From Marsupella aquatica (Eukaryota; Plantae; Marchantiophyta): DNA of 64,000 nucleotides. The notes beneath the pieces are model-generated. The model had not been told where the DNA came from and searched no databases. It saw nothing but the letters and a program-made list of their open reading frames with translations. Positions 25,502 to 36,200 of this stretch are shown here, in pieces. Both the position numbers and the translations under genes were made by a program. The stretch is taken from positions 7,671,251-7,735,250 of the forward strand of contig OZ316892.1 of the NCBI GenBank assembly GCA_973895155.1, read 5' to 3'. Every line of letters begins with the position of its first letter. Position 1 is the stretch's first letter.

Positions 25502-28500
25502 AAATATACACATACTTTTTACAGAAAAAGGCCAAATAGAGTACAAAAGAATAAACAAGAGAGGTCCCAAGTGGACAAAACCAAACGCAAAAGAAGTGAG
25601 CAAAAGGAAACCCTAAAAACCAAGAAAGAGGAACTAAAAGAAGTGAGCAAAAGGAAACCCCTAAAAACCAAGAAAGAGGAACTACAACTACCGCAAATGG
25701 ACCGAGGTCCTCATCATACCTAGCAAATGTGGCAACAAGCTAGTGGTCTACATCAAGTGTCGAAACTAGATCGGCAAGTGGGACAGGAATGTCCTCTAGG
25801 GGGGCTAGCCGCTGCGAAGTCACACTAGCACGGGCCACTGTCAGAGATCGACGATAGACGGCCCGAGCTTGAGCACGCTGTACGGTGACTGAAATGCGTT
25901 GGCGAAAGTGCGTGGTCAAAACAGATAGCGGGGGCCCGGTGGGACCCATCCAGCCGTGAACATCCCGAGCAGCTTGGCGAAGAAGCCCGTCGAACTGATG
26001 ATGGAGACGCCCAAATATCTCAAGAGCAAGGGGCAGAAAGCTATCAGATGAAGCTCGTGCAGCATATTTGGCCTCCGTCGTTGTTGCTGCTCGTGATGCT
26101 GCTGCCCCTGCCGTTGTTGCCGCTGTCCCAATGATGTCTTGGCGCAATGGGTTTGCCACCACTACATCTGCCAAAGTACGGTGACCTTCACGGACCATGG
26201 TAAGATCCACCCGTAACCGCTGTGATGGAGGACCAGGTAACTCGAGCACCACCTCCCGCCGCGCGCAGACCAAAGAGCCAGAGAGAACCTGAGCAATCGC
26301 ATCTCTCACAGCGTCGTGAACAAAAATGGTTTCGCCGCCCAAACTGCATCGATTGAAGAAGATGGACACCTATGGCATCACAAGGCTTCCCACAAGTGCA
26401 AGTAGGAGGTAAACCAGCAAGAAGTGGGTGGGGCAAGCCCATACGAAGACGCATGGCTGTCGCAAACTCCGCTGAAGACATCCGCAGGTGAGGAATGATT
26501 GGATTGGCCTGAAGCCAGCCTCCTGCGCCCTTCCCTCCGGAAGAAAGAATCCAAGCTCGGTCCGTGTCAGGTGCCTCGGTGAGGATGCTGGAAAGGGTGA
26601 AAGCGTGCATACGCCCAGCAAGGTCTGCCTGAAGATGGACGGGGTCCAAGGATAAAAACTCCTGGAATGAAGGTAACGCAGCTCGAACAGGATTGGGTAA
26701 TGATGACCGCGTTGTGCGCAAATGAACCTGAAATGGGAGGGAACCTCCTCGACCTCCATGAGAGACGAAAGTAAAAAAGGTCGATCCTCAGTAAGGAAAC
26801 GATCTGCCAACAATGAGAAGGCGGCCGCCCACGCGTCCAAGAAGGCCAAAGGTGCAAGGCGCTCAGTGGAAGTAAGCCCAAAACCACCATGAGAAATAGG
26901 AAGACTGAGCTATCGATGAAGCCACGGAGATGAGAGCAAAGTACCTGGCCCTAAAAGAGAGGCCAAAGTCTCACGAATGGAGACATCAAACGCTCAGAGG
27001 TGTAGATAAAGATCCTCGGTAGGGGGATGCGTCCGAGCCAAATAGGACGCACGAGGGTGGATGCATCGCAACAGCAACCCAAATGCTGCTTGAGAGTCTG
27101 CTAACTTAGGGAGCATAGGAGTAGGGGCTAAGGCAGCCTGGAGAGCGTCAGCAATGAAAGATGAGCAAAAGGAGGTGGTACCGACTGGGGAGCCAAGGAC
27201 CCAAAGACCGTCGGCTGGACGTAAGAACCCAGGGGGAAGCGCAAGATCAGAGGGTAACCCAGCTGGACTCCATGCACGACTCTTTGCCGGCTGAACTCGT
27301 AAACTAAGGCCCAACAAATGGGTGGAAAGGGTGGCGAGGGCAGAAGTAACAGCAACAGGTGGACCAATGATGTGGGTGTCATCTGAAAGGGAGGGGAAGA
27401 TACACTGGGGGTGGGCCGCGGAGGCTTCCCGTAAAGCAGTAAAATGGGCAATGGCAAAAAGAGGCCCACCCAGAGGGTCACCCTGACGTGTACCTTCTAC
27501 AGAAGAAAGAGTGGTATACACTCCTGTAGAGGTGTGATGACTATAGAAGAGGGGGGCCTCGAACCCATAAAAACAACGGACAAAGGGGATAAGGGACTGG
27601 ATGTCTGGATCCGCTGCCCTCAAAGCACGAAAAATTGCTGCCCGAGAAACCGTATTGAAAGCATTGGAGACATCAACCTGGAGGACAACCCAATCAGGGT
27701 GGAGGTCCAAGGTAGTACGAATACTCGCAATAACTGTCTCACAACCGCCAGGAACGCCCACTGCAAACTGATGTGGAGAGAGATGATCCGATAGTGCAGA
27801 GCGATACTGCAATGAAAGTGTGCGAGACACCAGACGAAGAAAAACCTCTCCAATAGCTATGGGCCGAACACCCGGTGAAGACTTAGCCATGGCCAATAAA
27901 TGAGAAGCACTCAAAAGCCGAGAGACGGGAGGAGGCAAACGGCCGGCAGCAATACACTGGCAAAAGGAGAAGAAAACTGGAAAACCAGACTGAGGATCCT
28001 CGGGGGGAATAAATCACGAAAATGCTCAAAGACATAGCCAGAGGGGCCACCAGCCGCGCAACGCGGAGCATGGAGGAAAACATAGGTGAAGTGGTCCCTA
28101 CTAAACTGAAGATCCTCCTCAGGCTCAAAATCCTCCACGAACAAAGGGAGCTGATCATAGGGCTGCGGATGGAGATCCTGAAGGGCCGTCAAGGTGACCT
28201 CGCCAGGGGGGGCTGGTGTGGTGGGAGAAAGGGCCTGGACCGCACGACGATATTCACCAGCCTGGGCTAAACGACAAGAGCGACGAAGACGTCTATGCTC
28301 TGGAGGATGAGAGTGGCGAGCTGGGTCAGACAAAGCACGGGTAGTAAAGGAACGGGCTCAAAGAAAGTACTCTTCCTGAAGCTATTCTCAATCTCCCCGC
28401 AGAAAACGATGGATACGAGAAGCAGTCTCACGATGACCCACGCGACCACCGTGACTAGGGAGGGTAAGAGTCCACTGTGGAAAAAGCATGAGTAAAGTTT

Positions 28501-28550
28501 ATGTTTTGATCCAGTCCATGCAGGTTGGTTTATCCATGAGAGCTTCACTA
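25502..28550 (-). mobile_element. CRE-clade (R2 superfamily, RLE-type) non-LTR retrotransposon, 5'-truncated, with frameshifts and stops
   Basis: RT motifs AAGGPSG, VRPIAIGE, HQFAVG..GGCE, LQVDVSNAFN, GTRQGDPLGG and PSLSDDTHI (26994-28333), then LSLPISHGGFGL, AGGWLQANP, CTCG..CD..GVH zinc knuckle and RLE RVDL..LADVVVANP..EAKY..FLPLALEIFG. Stop at 25740. The 238-bp 3'UTR has an internal ~47-bp tandem duplication and ends ...GTGTATATTT. Confidence 0.9.
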
Positions 28551-29226
28551 ACAACAGGCAAGTCCATCCAGGCTTTAAGTTCTACTATTTCTGCTCATAC
28601 AAATCTGCAAAATATAGTGTAAAATATTAAAGAGAAATCATTTGTAAATTCAGCTTTTGAGACCCAAACCTGCTTTTGTGACCAAATCACTTTCGTCACT
28701 GCATGGTACACAGGACCATAAACTTCGTACACCTTATGCTTGACCCCACTTCTTTTCCTGATGACTTAAATATCCCTCCCCAAACATCTCCCTGGTATCG
28801 TGGAACGTCCTCTATACTTGATTTTGACCAAAGATGAATTGAAAACTCTACCTGTCTAATGGATAAAGTCGGTCTTCTCTGCTCACTTGTTTCTTTACTG
28901 CGGGCTTTTTGTGGTGCCTTTTTTGGCACTTTTTCAATAAATTTGTTCTTCTTTCATTCAAGCTCTATGGATGAGGCCTTCGAATCTCTCTCATTGATTG
29001 GTTGCTTCTGGATGAGAAATTTTCTTTAAAGTTGTACACTGTTGTGTATGAATGGATCCTTGGCTGCTCTCGAGCGTTTCGCCAAATTCCACCTCCCCAA
29101 CAATCTTTGGCCATTTTTTTAGTGGCGAAATTTGCTTGTAATTTGCTGTCGCATTACCCGTGTCCCGCCTAATCATAGGTCTCACTAGCCAGAATCTAAC
29201 GGTAATCTTTAAATATAGGGATATCT

Positions 29227-29633
29227 TTTTTGTCTTGAATGGAAATGGGGAGGAAATACAATTAGACTCCCCCCCATCCCAATGTGACAGTTTTTCTGTA
29301 GGGAACCCAGACCAGGGTGAGCCCCAACGGATCCGACAGGGACCCGCACCAAGAAGGAGAGAGGATTAAATCAGGGCCACAAAGTGGACGACCAGGGGCC
29401 AAGCAGAACTCCAATCCACTACCCACAAAACCCATCCCACCCACACACATATACCCGAGGGTTAAATCAGGGCCACAAAGTGGACGACCAGGGGCCGAGC
29501 AGATAATCAGAACTCCAATCCACTACCCACAAAACCCATCCCACCCACACACCGGATTGTGTGGAGGGGGGATTTAACCTGGGACCTCTCAATTCCAGGC
29601 AAATCCCCTAGCCAATTGACCTAAGCCAATTGG
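29227..29633 (-). mobile_element. tRNA-derived SINE with a 19-bp target-site duplication
   Basis: Perfect TSD TTTAAATATAGGGATATCT at 29208-29226 and 29634-29652. The minus-strand head has an A-box-like TAGGTCAATTGG (29612-29623) and T-arm/B-box-like GAGAGGTCCCAGGTTAAATCCC. Internal ~90-bp tandem duplication and an A-tail ...AAGACAAAAAA. Confidence 0.88.
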
Positions 29634-30559
29634 TTTAAATATAGGGATATCTGATGGTCAAGAAAATAGTCACATAAGGAATATTTTGAAATCATCTTCT
29701 CCTTCACAGACTGGACATTCCTCACTATAGCGAAAAAGTAAACACCTGAAAGAATACGCTGTTGCTCTCCTTTGTGACTGGCAAGGTTTAATGGGTCCGG
29801 GGCTGGGCCATGTCTTGGAATGGAATCCCGTGCTGGCTTTCATACGAAACTGGGGCACTGTCCCACTTGATTTGAGTGAGCGCGTGCAGGCACGTTTGCT
29901 GGTTTGTAATGGATGAGCCGGAAATCTGTGACCATGTGGATGTCTTCAAATCGGTCATTGATTGCTTCACAATATAGTTTTCAAGGTTTGTCACTTGTTG
30001 GGGCTAGCTGGGCCATGGTTGTCTAGCTTGGAATCCCACTCAGGCCTTCCAATTGGGACACTGTTCCACTTGATCTGCGTGCGTGCAAGAACATTTGCGA
30101 GAGACCAAGATTTACATCAGATTCGCCTCCAGGGTGGAGAATTATTTGTCAGAGACACTACTTGCATCATTCACTCCATCGGTCGTGCTGTGAAAGTGCC
30201 ACACTCGTGTATTCAAGTCTATGCACGCGATTCAGTACCTGGCAATCTTCGTCATTTGCTGCCTTTCTGTCCGGCCCATACTGTCTTTCCAGCTTAGATC
30301 TATCACTAATCTTCGTACAGACTCTGACACTGAGCCTACTAGTCCACTACCAACCTGCCATACACGGAGTATGCACAGAGTCTTTGCTCCTCCATGAGAC
30401 TCTAAATTTATAGGGTGCCAACTTCACGGAAGGCACTGTTGGGACAGGTCCTCAAGCCAGTGAAACTCCCCACTTTTTCTTTGGAATATCCTCCATGAGT
30501 CTCACAACTGGGTGCTGATGTCACGGAAGGCACTCTTGGGGCAGGCTGTTTCTCAAGAG

Positions 30560-30975
30560 TTTCTGCAGTGAAGTTCCCCAGTCTTATTCTTTGGAATGAG
30601 TGAGTGCAGGGTGATCGTGGCACGCACTAGCCGTAGGCTGATTCCATCTACCGTGAGAATATCTGGTCAATCAGAGGAACTTGGCGATGGAATGGGAGTG
30701 GCCTGATCATATCACTCTCTTAGCCTGAACTGTTTCCATCTGCTTTGAGGAAACACAGCCATGTTCTGATTGGTTTGAGTCGTCACACTCCGTCTGAGTC
30801 GTCACAGGTCCTAAATAGTGTCTGCAGTGAAGTTCCCCACTTTTCTTGTGGAAAGAATGGGTGCAAGCTAAGGTGATCATGGCACGCTCTTTCGACTGAT
30901 TCCATCTACAGTGAGAATATGTGTCTGAAAAACCAGAGTAACTCACTTTTCGATGGAATGGGAGTGGCCTGATAG
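30560..30975. repeat. Diverged duplication, ~260-bp period
   Basis: TCTGCAGTGAAGTTCCCCA...GGTGATCxTGGCACGC...CTGATTCCATCTACxGTGAGAATAT...CGATGGAATGGGAGTGGCCTGAT at ~30562-30707 and ~30821-30973. Confidence 0.75.
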
Positions 30976-32126
30976 AGCCTCTCGTAGCCTGGACTGCTGT
31001 TGAACATCTTCTTTGAGAAAATCAGTTATAATTATGACTAATAAGATTTGGTCGCTAGTGGATCGTTCACATGGATGGATGTCAATTAAAAAGGTTACGG
31101 TGGAGCTTTCATCCCCATCGACTATGCGTAAAAGTGTGTGTTGAATTTCTAATTACAAGTCCATCTCGAGGCGTAAATGTGTGTATCGAATTTCTTATTA
31201 CAAGTCCATCTCGAGTTGTACAAGTGTGCTGTTAGTAGGCTGTTGGTCTTAGGGCCTCTACAAAAATTCCACTTAGTGACCCTCCTATTCTCTATGCGAT
31301 ATGGTCGGGAGCTATCAATTACTAGAGCTCTAGTTACTAGCAATTGTAGGGGACTCCTCGACTCGTGGCTCTTCCTTGGTGTGTTCCCACCTTCATTGGG
31401 TCTCTGGGTTCATGTCTCTGCTCTTCGTAGGTCTATTTCCCCCTTAATTGGGTCTCTGGGTTCATATCTCCCCGGTTTGTCTCTTATGTCTCCCACTATA
31501 TATGACGTTTTTTGTTCTTTGGCATGATATAAACTCTGCTATAGTGTGTGCTAGCAATTCATGTGCTGATGACTCCTTGTCGATCTACAGTACCGATTGC
31601 GACTGTCCATCATATGCTGTTCATTACACATGCTTCACTATCCTGTCCATCATGCTTTATCACAACTGAAAAACTCATCTCATATCCATCCCGTCTCACG
31701 TCACAACGCCAGGTACACCCAGCAGATCTGTACGACACTTCTTCCAAACGGTTCGCATCTGTTGTGACCAGAAACTGTTCAAACGAGTTTTTTGATCGAA
31801 AGGTTCTAGGGAAATGGTCTTATCCTCTGCGCCAGCTGCTGAGAGGGGTTATTCACTCACTTGCATTCAAGTTTGTGCTTAGCAAATCGTTGAAAATGGA
31901 TGGATGAACGTTTAAAGTCACCATCGCACCTCATATGAACTGAACGATCCCGGAACCAAATAGAACTGTTGAATTACATTCTAAATTAAGTTCGCTCATC
32001 AGAAGATCGGTCGAATGAGTGGGTTTAGGGTGATTAGCTCGCCCTCTGGGATTGATACCATCCACTGCTAGTAAACTGCTCAATTGCATTCCGATTGAGT
32101 TTGCTAACAAGTGGATCGATCAAACG

Positions 32127-32260
32127 AATGGGTCGTTTCAATGTTTTATGGGAGTAATTCACCCGGCTAGTCCCATAAAGTTCGACGGTACTCCCATAAA
32201 ACATTGAAACGACCCATTGAAAGTGACTTTATGGGACTTTATGGGAGTAACCGTCGAACT
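32127..32260. repeat. Perfect 30-bp inverted repeat with nested inverted patches
   Basis: AATGGGTCGTTTCAATGTTTTATGGGAGTA (32127-32156) is the exact reverse complement of 32189-32218. 32226-32260 is built from reverse-complement pieces of 32170-32200. Confidence 0.85.
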
Positions 32261-33278
32261 GTGTACTGATGAAGTTCACTCCTCAGTTGCTGTTTTGAGG
32301 TGGGTTCCAAACTTGGGACGATCAACTTCTGCGAGGGAAACTGTTAAATTGCACGCTGCTTAACTTCCTAATAAACGGACCTCTCAGATGAATGGCTTGA
32401 GGTTTAAGTGGTCATCTCACGCCGTCTAGACTAGCTGATATCAAATTTGTTTTAGAAAGTCTGTTCACGTTACTGCGAGATTTTCGCCCAAACACCCGAA
32501 GTGTTGGGCTTTACCCAATCTCAGTAACTGTCTTCATATACCAAGCCTCGACGGAGCAAAGACTCCATGTCAGCTAGGACCAAGATTCCATTCACTAGGA
32601 GCTGTTTCCAGACAAAGTACTCCTATTCCAAAAGTTTGGACAGGACCAGAATAGTTGCCCGAATATCCAGACGTCCATTCAATCTGTGAATCCTCGCCGA
32701 AAAAAGTGATGCCAGTGAGTTTCATCAACTGCCAGATTAACAGGACTAGGACTGGGTGAGAGTTGGAGTGCTGGGACATTCCAGGATCCCATTTCAAACA
32801 ATGAGTAGGACTGCGACAGACAAGCTCTTTGTTTCCCACCTCTTTGAAACCAGGGTGGTAATAACATGGCATGGTACTACGAGGAAAGCTTTCAACGGAG
32901 CCAATGCTCTTATAGTCCAGCAGGATCCCTTACAAGAAAAAGCTTTCGGATGCTTACAAGTAGATCTGAATTTAACATTCAATGATAAATACAGATCCTC
33001 CCATTTTGATTACCTCTATGTTGAAGAATTCCCGTCAGTCATGGGATGACAAGTAGAAAAACTCCACGATGCTGCCATCCTATCAATTAAATTCGATATC
33101 TTCCCACAGGCTATCTTCCCACAGACTAAATGTTGAAACCAGGTATAATGTACACTCTGGATTTATATCATCCTGAATATGTGTAAACCTAAAATGATTG
33201 CATCAACTGATGTTGACATCTCACCAAACATCCGAAGTTGACGGGAATCCCATCCTCGGACTAGTAGTTTGAGAAATT

Positions 33279-36200
33279 CTATATTCCAATATTCTGCACT
33301 TTCTGTCTCAAATTACGCAACTGACTGTCGATCTCTCCGAGTTGACGCTGAAGTGCAATGACCCGAGCCCTTTCTGCTTCTGCGGCTTTGCGATAGGGTG
33401 CTGTCAACGATCTAATGTCTACCCTAAGTTGATCTAAATTTAGCTGCAGATCAGTCTGCATTGCCTCGCCTAATTTTCGTCCGATGTTATCTGCTACTTC
33501 GTTAATCTTGCTCTTTATATCTTGTCTCCGAGAGGGCAAATTCCAAACGCCGACAAACCTACACATAAAAGCAAGTACAGGTACTCAGATCTTAACAGAA
33601 CATGCAAATTCTGAACAGTACGCTTTCACTCTGAAAGGAAGTTTAGTTGGTACAACTCACGTTTGGTTTATCTACAATGAAATCGATCTGACCTTATCCA
33701 GCGTCATCCCAACAAATCTTTCATTTTTGAAACGATGCACAAAGAAGTGGGACATACCCTCCTGCTGAGCACACAGCCAGAGCTAACAGATCTTCGAGAG
33801 TGTTTGGCAAAATTGATGTCAAAACAGATGCTGAAACACCAGCAACTCCGAACCCTCCAAACGTACTCAGTACCTGTGAATGGATACTTGTCAGTTCTCC
33901 GAAATGAAAGCGTCACATCAAATTGGTTGTGAACCATCACAATAACAGGACCTTTCCCTCCCTTTCGAGACATTAAGGGAAGAGACGTACCGCTTCTCGA
34001 ATTTCTTGCTCAAGTAATATTTCTGCGGCACGTACGTCAAAACCCTCTAGCACCTCAATGCTATTGCTGTCAGCTTTCTGACGATCCTCCTTGTAGCGTT
34101 GGAATGAGGGCGATGACTGTAATCCATTGGTTGCGTCTTCTTTTGTATCCGATGTCAAATCTGGCCACCGACTCCTCACAAGCTCTGAATACATGTTTGT
34201 CTGTCGTTCTGAGTTCGACAGCAGCCAAGCTCCCTGTTCGTCTAGTACTTTCTGAAAGATAAAAGGTGAAGATCAGTAGCTCGTAAACTCTAATTTCTCC
34301 GTTACCGGTAATAGTGCCTTTCTGACAGATTTTTTATCTGAATCACTCACTGCCCTCATCTGAACAGTCCTCCTGAAACAATCTTGCTTCCTTAGATTTC
34401 AAACTGCCTAAATGGGCATATACTTTACAGGAACAAATTACAAAGTCCAATCGTACACAGAGCGGGGAAGATAAAAGGTGAAGATCACTTGCTCATAAAC
34501 TCCAAATCCTCCTTCTTAATCGGTGAGTAGTGCCTTTCTGACAGAGTTTACATCTGTATCACTCACTGCCTCATCTGAACAGTCTTCTGAAACAATCTTG
34601 TGTCCTTATATTTCGAACAGCCTAAATGGGCATATAATTGACAAAAACAAATCACAAAGTCCAATCATACACAGAGCGGATGGATGCAGAATCTGTACTT
34701 GAACATCAGAGATCGCTGAGCCAATGACTTGCTTGTCAAATCCCCTGGAGACTGGCAATACGCCTGCCCCATCGGAACCAAGCAAATACTTCAGCATGTC
34801 TTTTACGTTTGACAGTCGTAATATTGAGTCAACAAACTTTCCTGCCCGAGATTTTGCTGCTGCAACCTGACATCATCAAGCATGTAACATTAATAAGGTT
34901 GTGGGTTTCCGTCATCGAACACGAACTGATTACAACACTGATGTATTCAAAACAAAGTTATCTGGGTTCTGATTAAGGAGCAATAAGAACATAATCTAAC
35001 TGAATTTAAAAGGACTCTCTACAAAAACTTATGGGATTTTAGTACTAAAGACCAGAATTTGTAGTTAATCTTGAGACAGCAGAGGATATTAAATCCAAGA
35101 CTTCTTGCACAACATTCCCACACCTGACACAAATACTGATGTGAAACTTACCACCTCTGTGGTTCGCTGTCTCTGCAAAGCAGCATCAGCTTGCACAGCT
35201 TGCTGATACTGCACCAGCTGTTCATCTATCTGACCCAGAACTCTAAGGTCTGTGTCCACTTTCACGATGTCACCCGAGAGCTGTCTGTCACTGGCACTAA
35301 GCAACGCCAATCCTATTCCGAGAGGAGTGTCAAGTTTCAATCTCAACCTCTCGGCCCCAGCATCTGAAGACCCCTCTAAGAAATTGCGGATAAAATCCTC
35401 TAATTCTCCAAACCCACTACTTTTCCAGTAGCTGTCTTCCTGTAGGATCTCATTGTCCAGGACACCAGCTTCCGTGGTGACTGCAGACTTTGCAAGAATA
35501 GCACGTCGGGCAGAAACAGGATATATAACTGCTTCCTCAACTCCTAGCAAACTTTCTGCATTCTCCTTCACGAAGGCAACCACTTCGCCCAGCTGCATGT
35601 GCACGGGAAGATCAGCATCCATCAACAACTCCAACTACTCCTCTCTTCAGCAACTTTTAGAAAGTAAAAAAATTCAAGCAGCGGCTTTTGTTCACTACTG
35701 CAAAGAAAATCTGCGTTTATCAATTTTCCTCTTTATATCATGGTGATTTCCATATTCCCAAAAACTTACCTCAGAGCGCTGTGATAGAACGTCAACTTTG
35801 TTCAAGATGAAAATGATTTTCTTTCCCCACTGCCGAATGTAGCGAAGAAATGTCACCTGTCAGAAGACACTCCCATGAATCCGTTTTGCTAGGGTAGGCA
35901 TTTGAGCATTTAACGAATGACATCCAAGAGAGGAATCTTTAACAGTACCCAAAAAAAAAAAGCAGTCCAAGCCTGTCTCGAATTATAACACCCCGACACA
36001 GTTCCATATCTTTGATCATCCTCCCAATCGATTAACCCAGACACCATTATATGCTCACCTCACTTTCGGTCAGCGCCCTGTCCACTGATAACACAAACAA
36101 AACTAGATCTGCACGCGGAACAAACTCCTCTGTGAGCCGCTGTTGACGCTGAAGAATCACATTTGTGCCTGGAGTGTCCACGAGATTCATCTGCTCTGAC

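Noticed and set aside
25490-25723. Lys-rich ORFs at 25490-25723 and 45499-45768 as a duplicated small gene
   Set aside because: They are antisense translations of the CRE 3'UTR.
29560-29633. tRNA gene
   Set aside because: A and B boxes are degenerate, there is no acceptor stem, and it lies within a TSD-flanked SINE.
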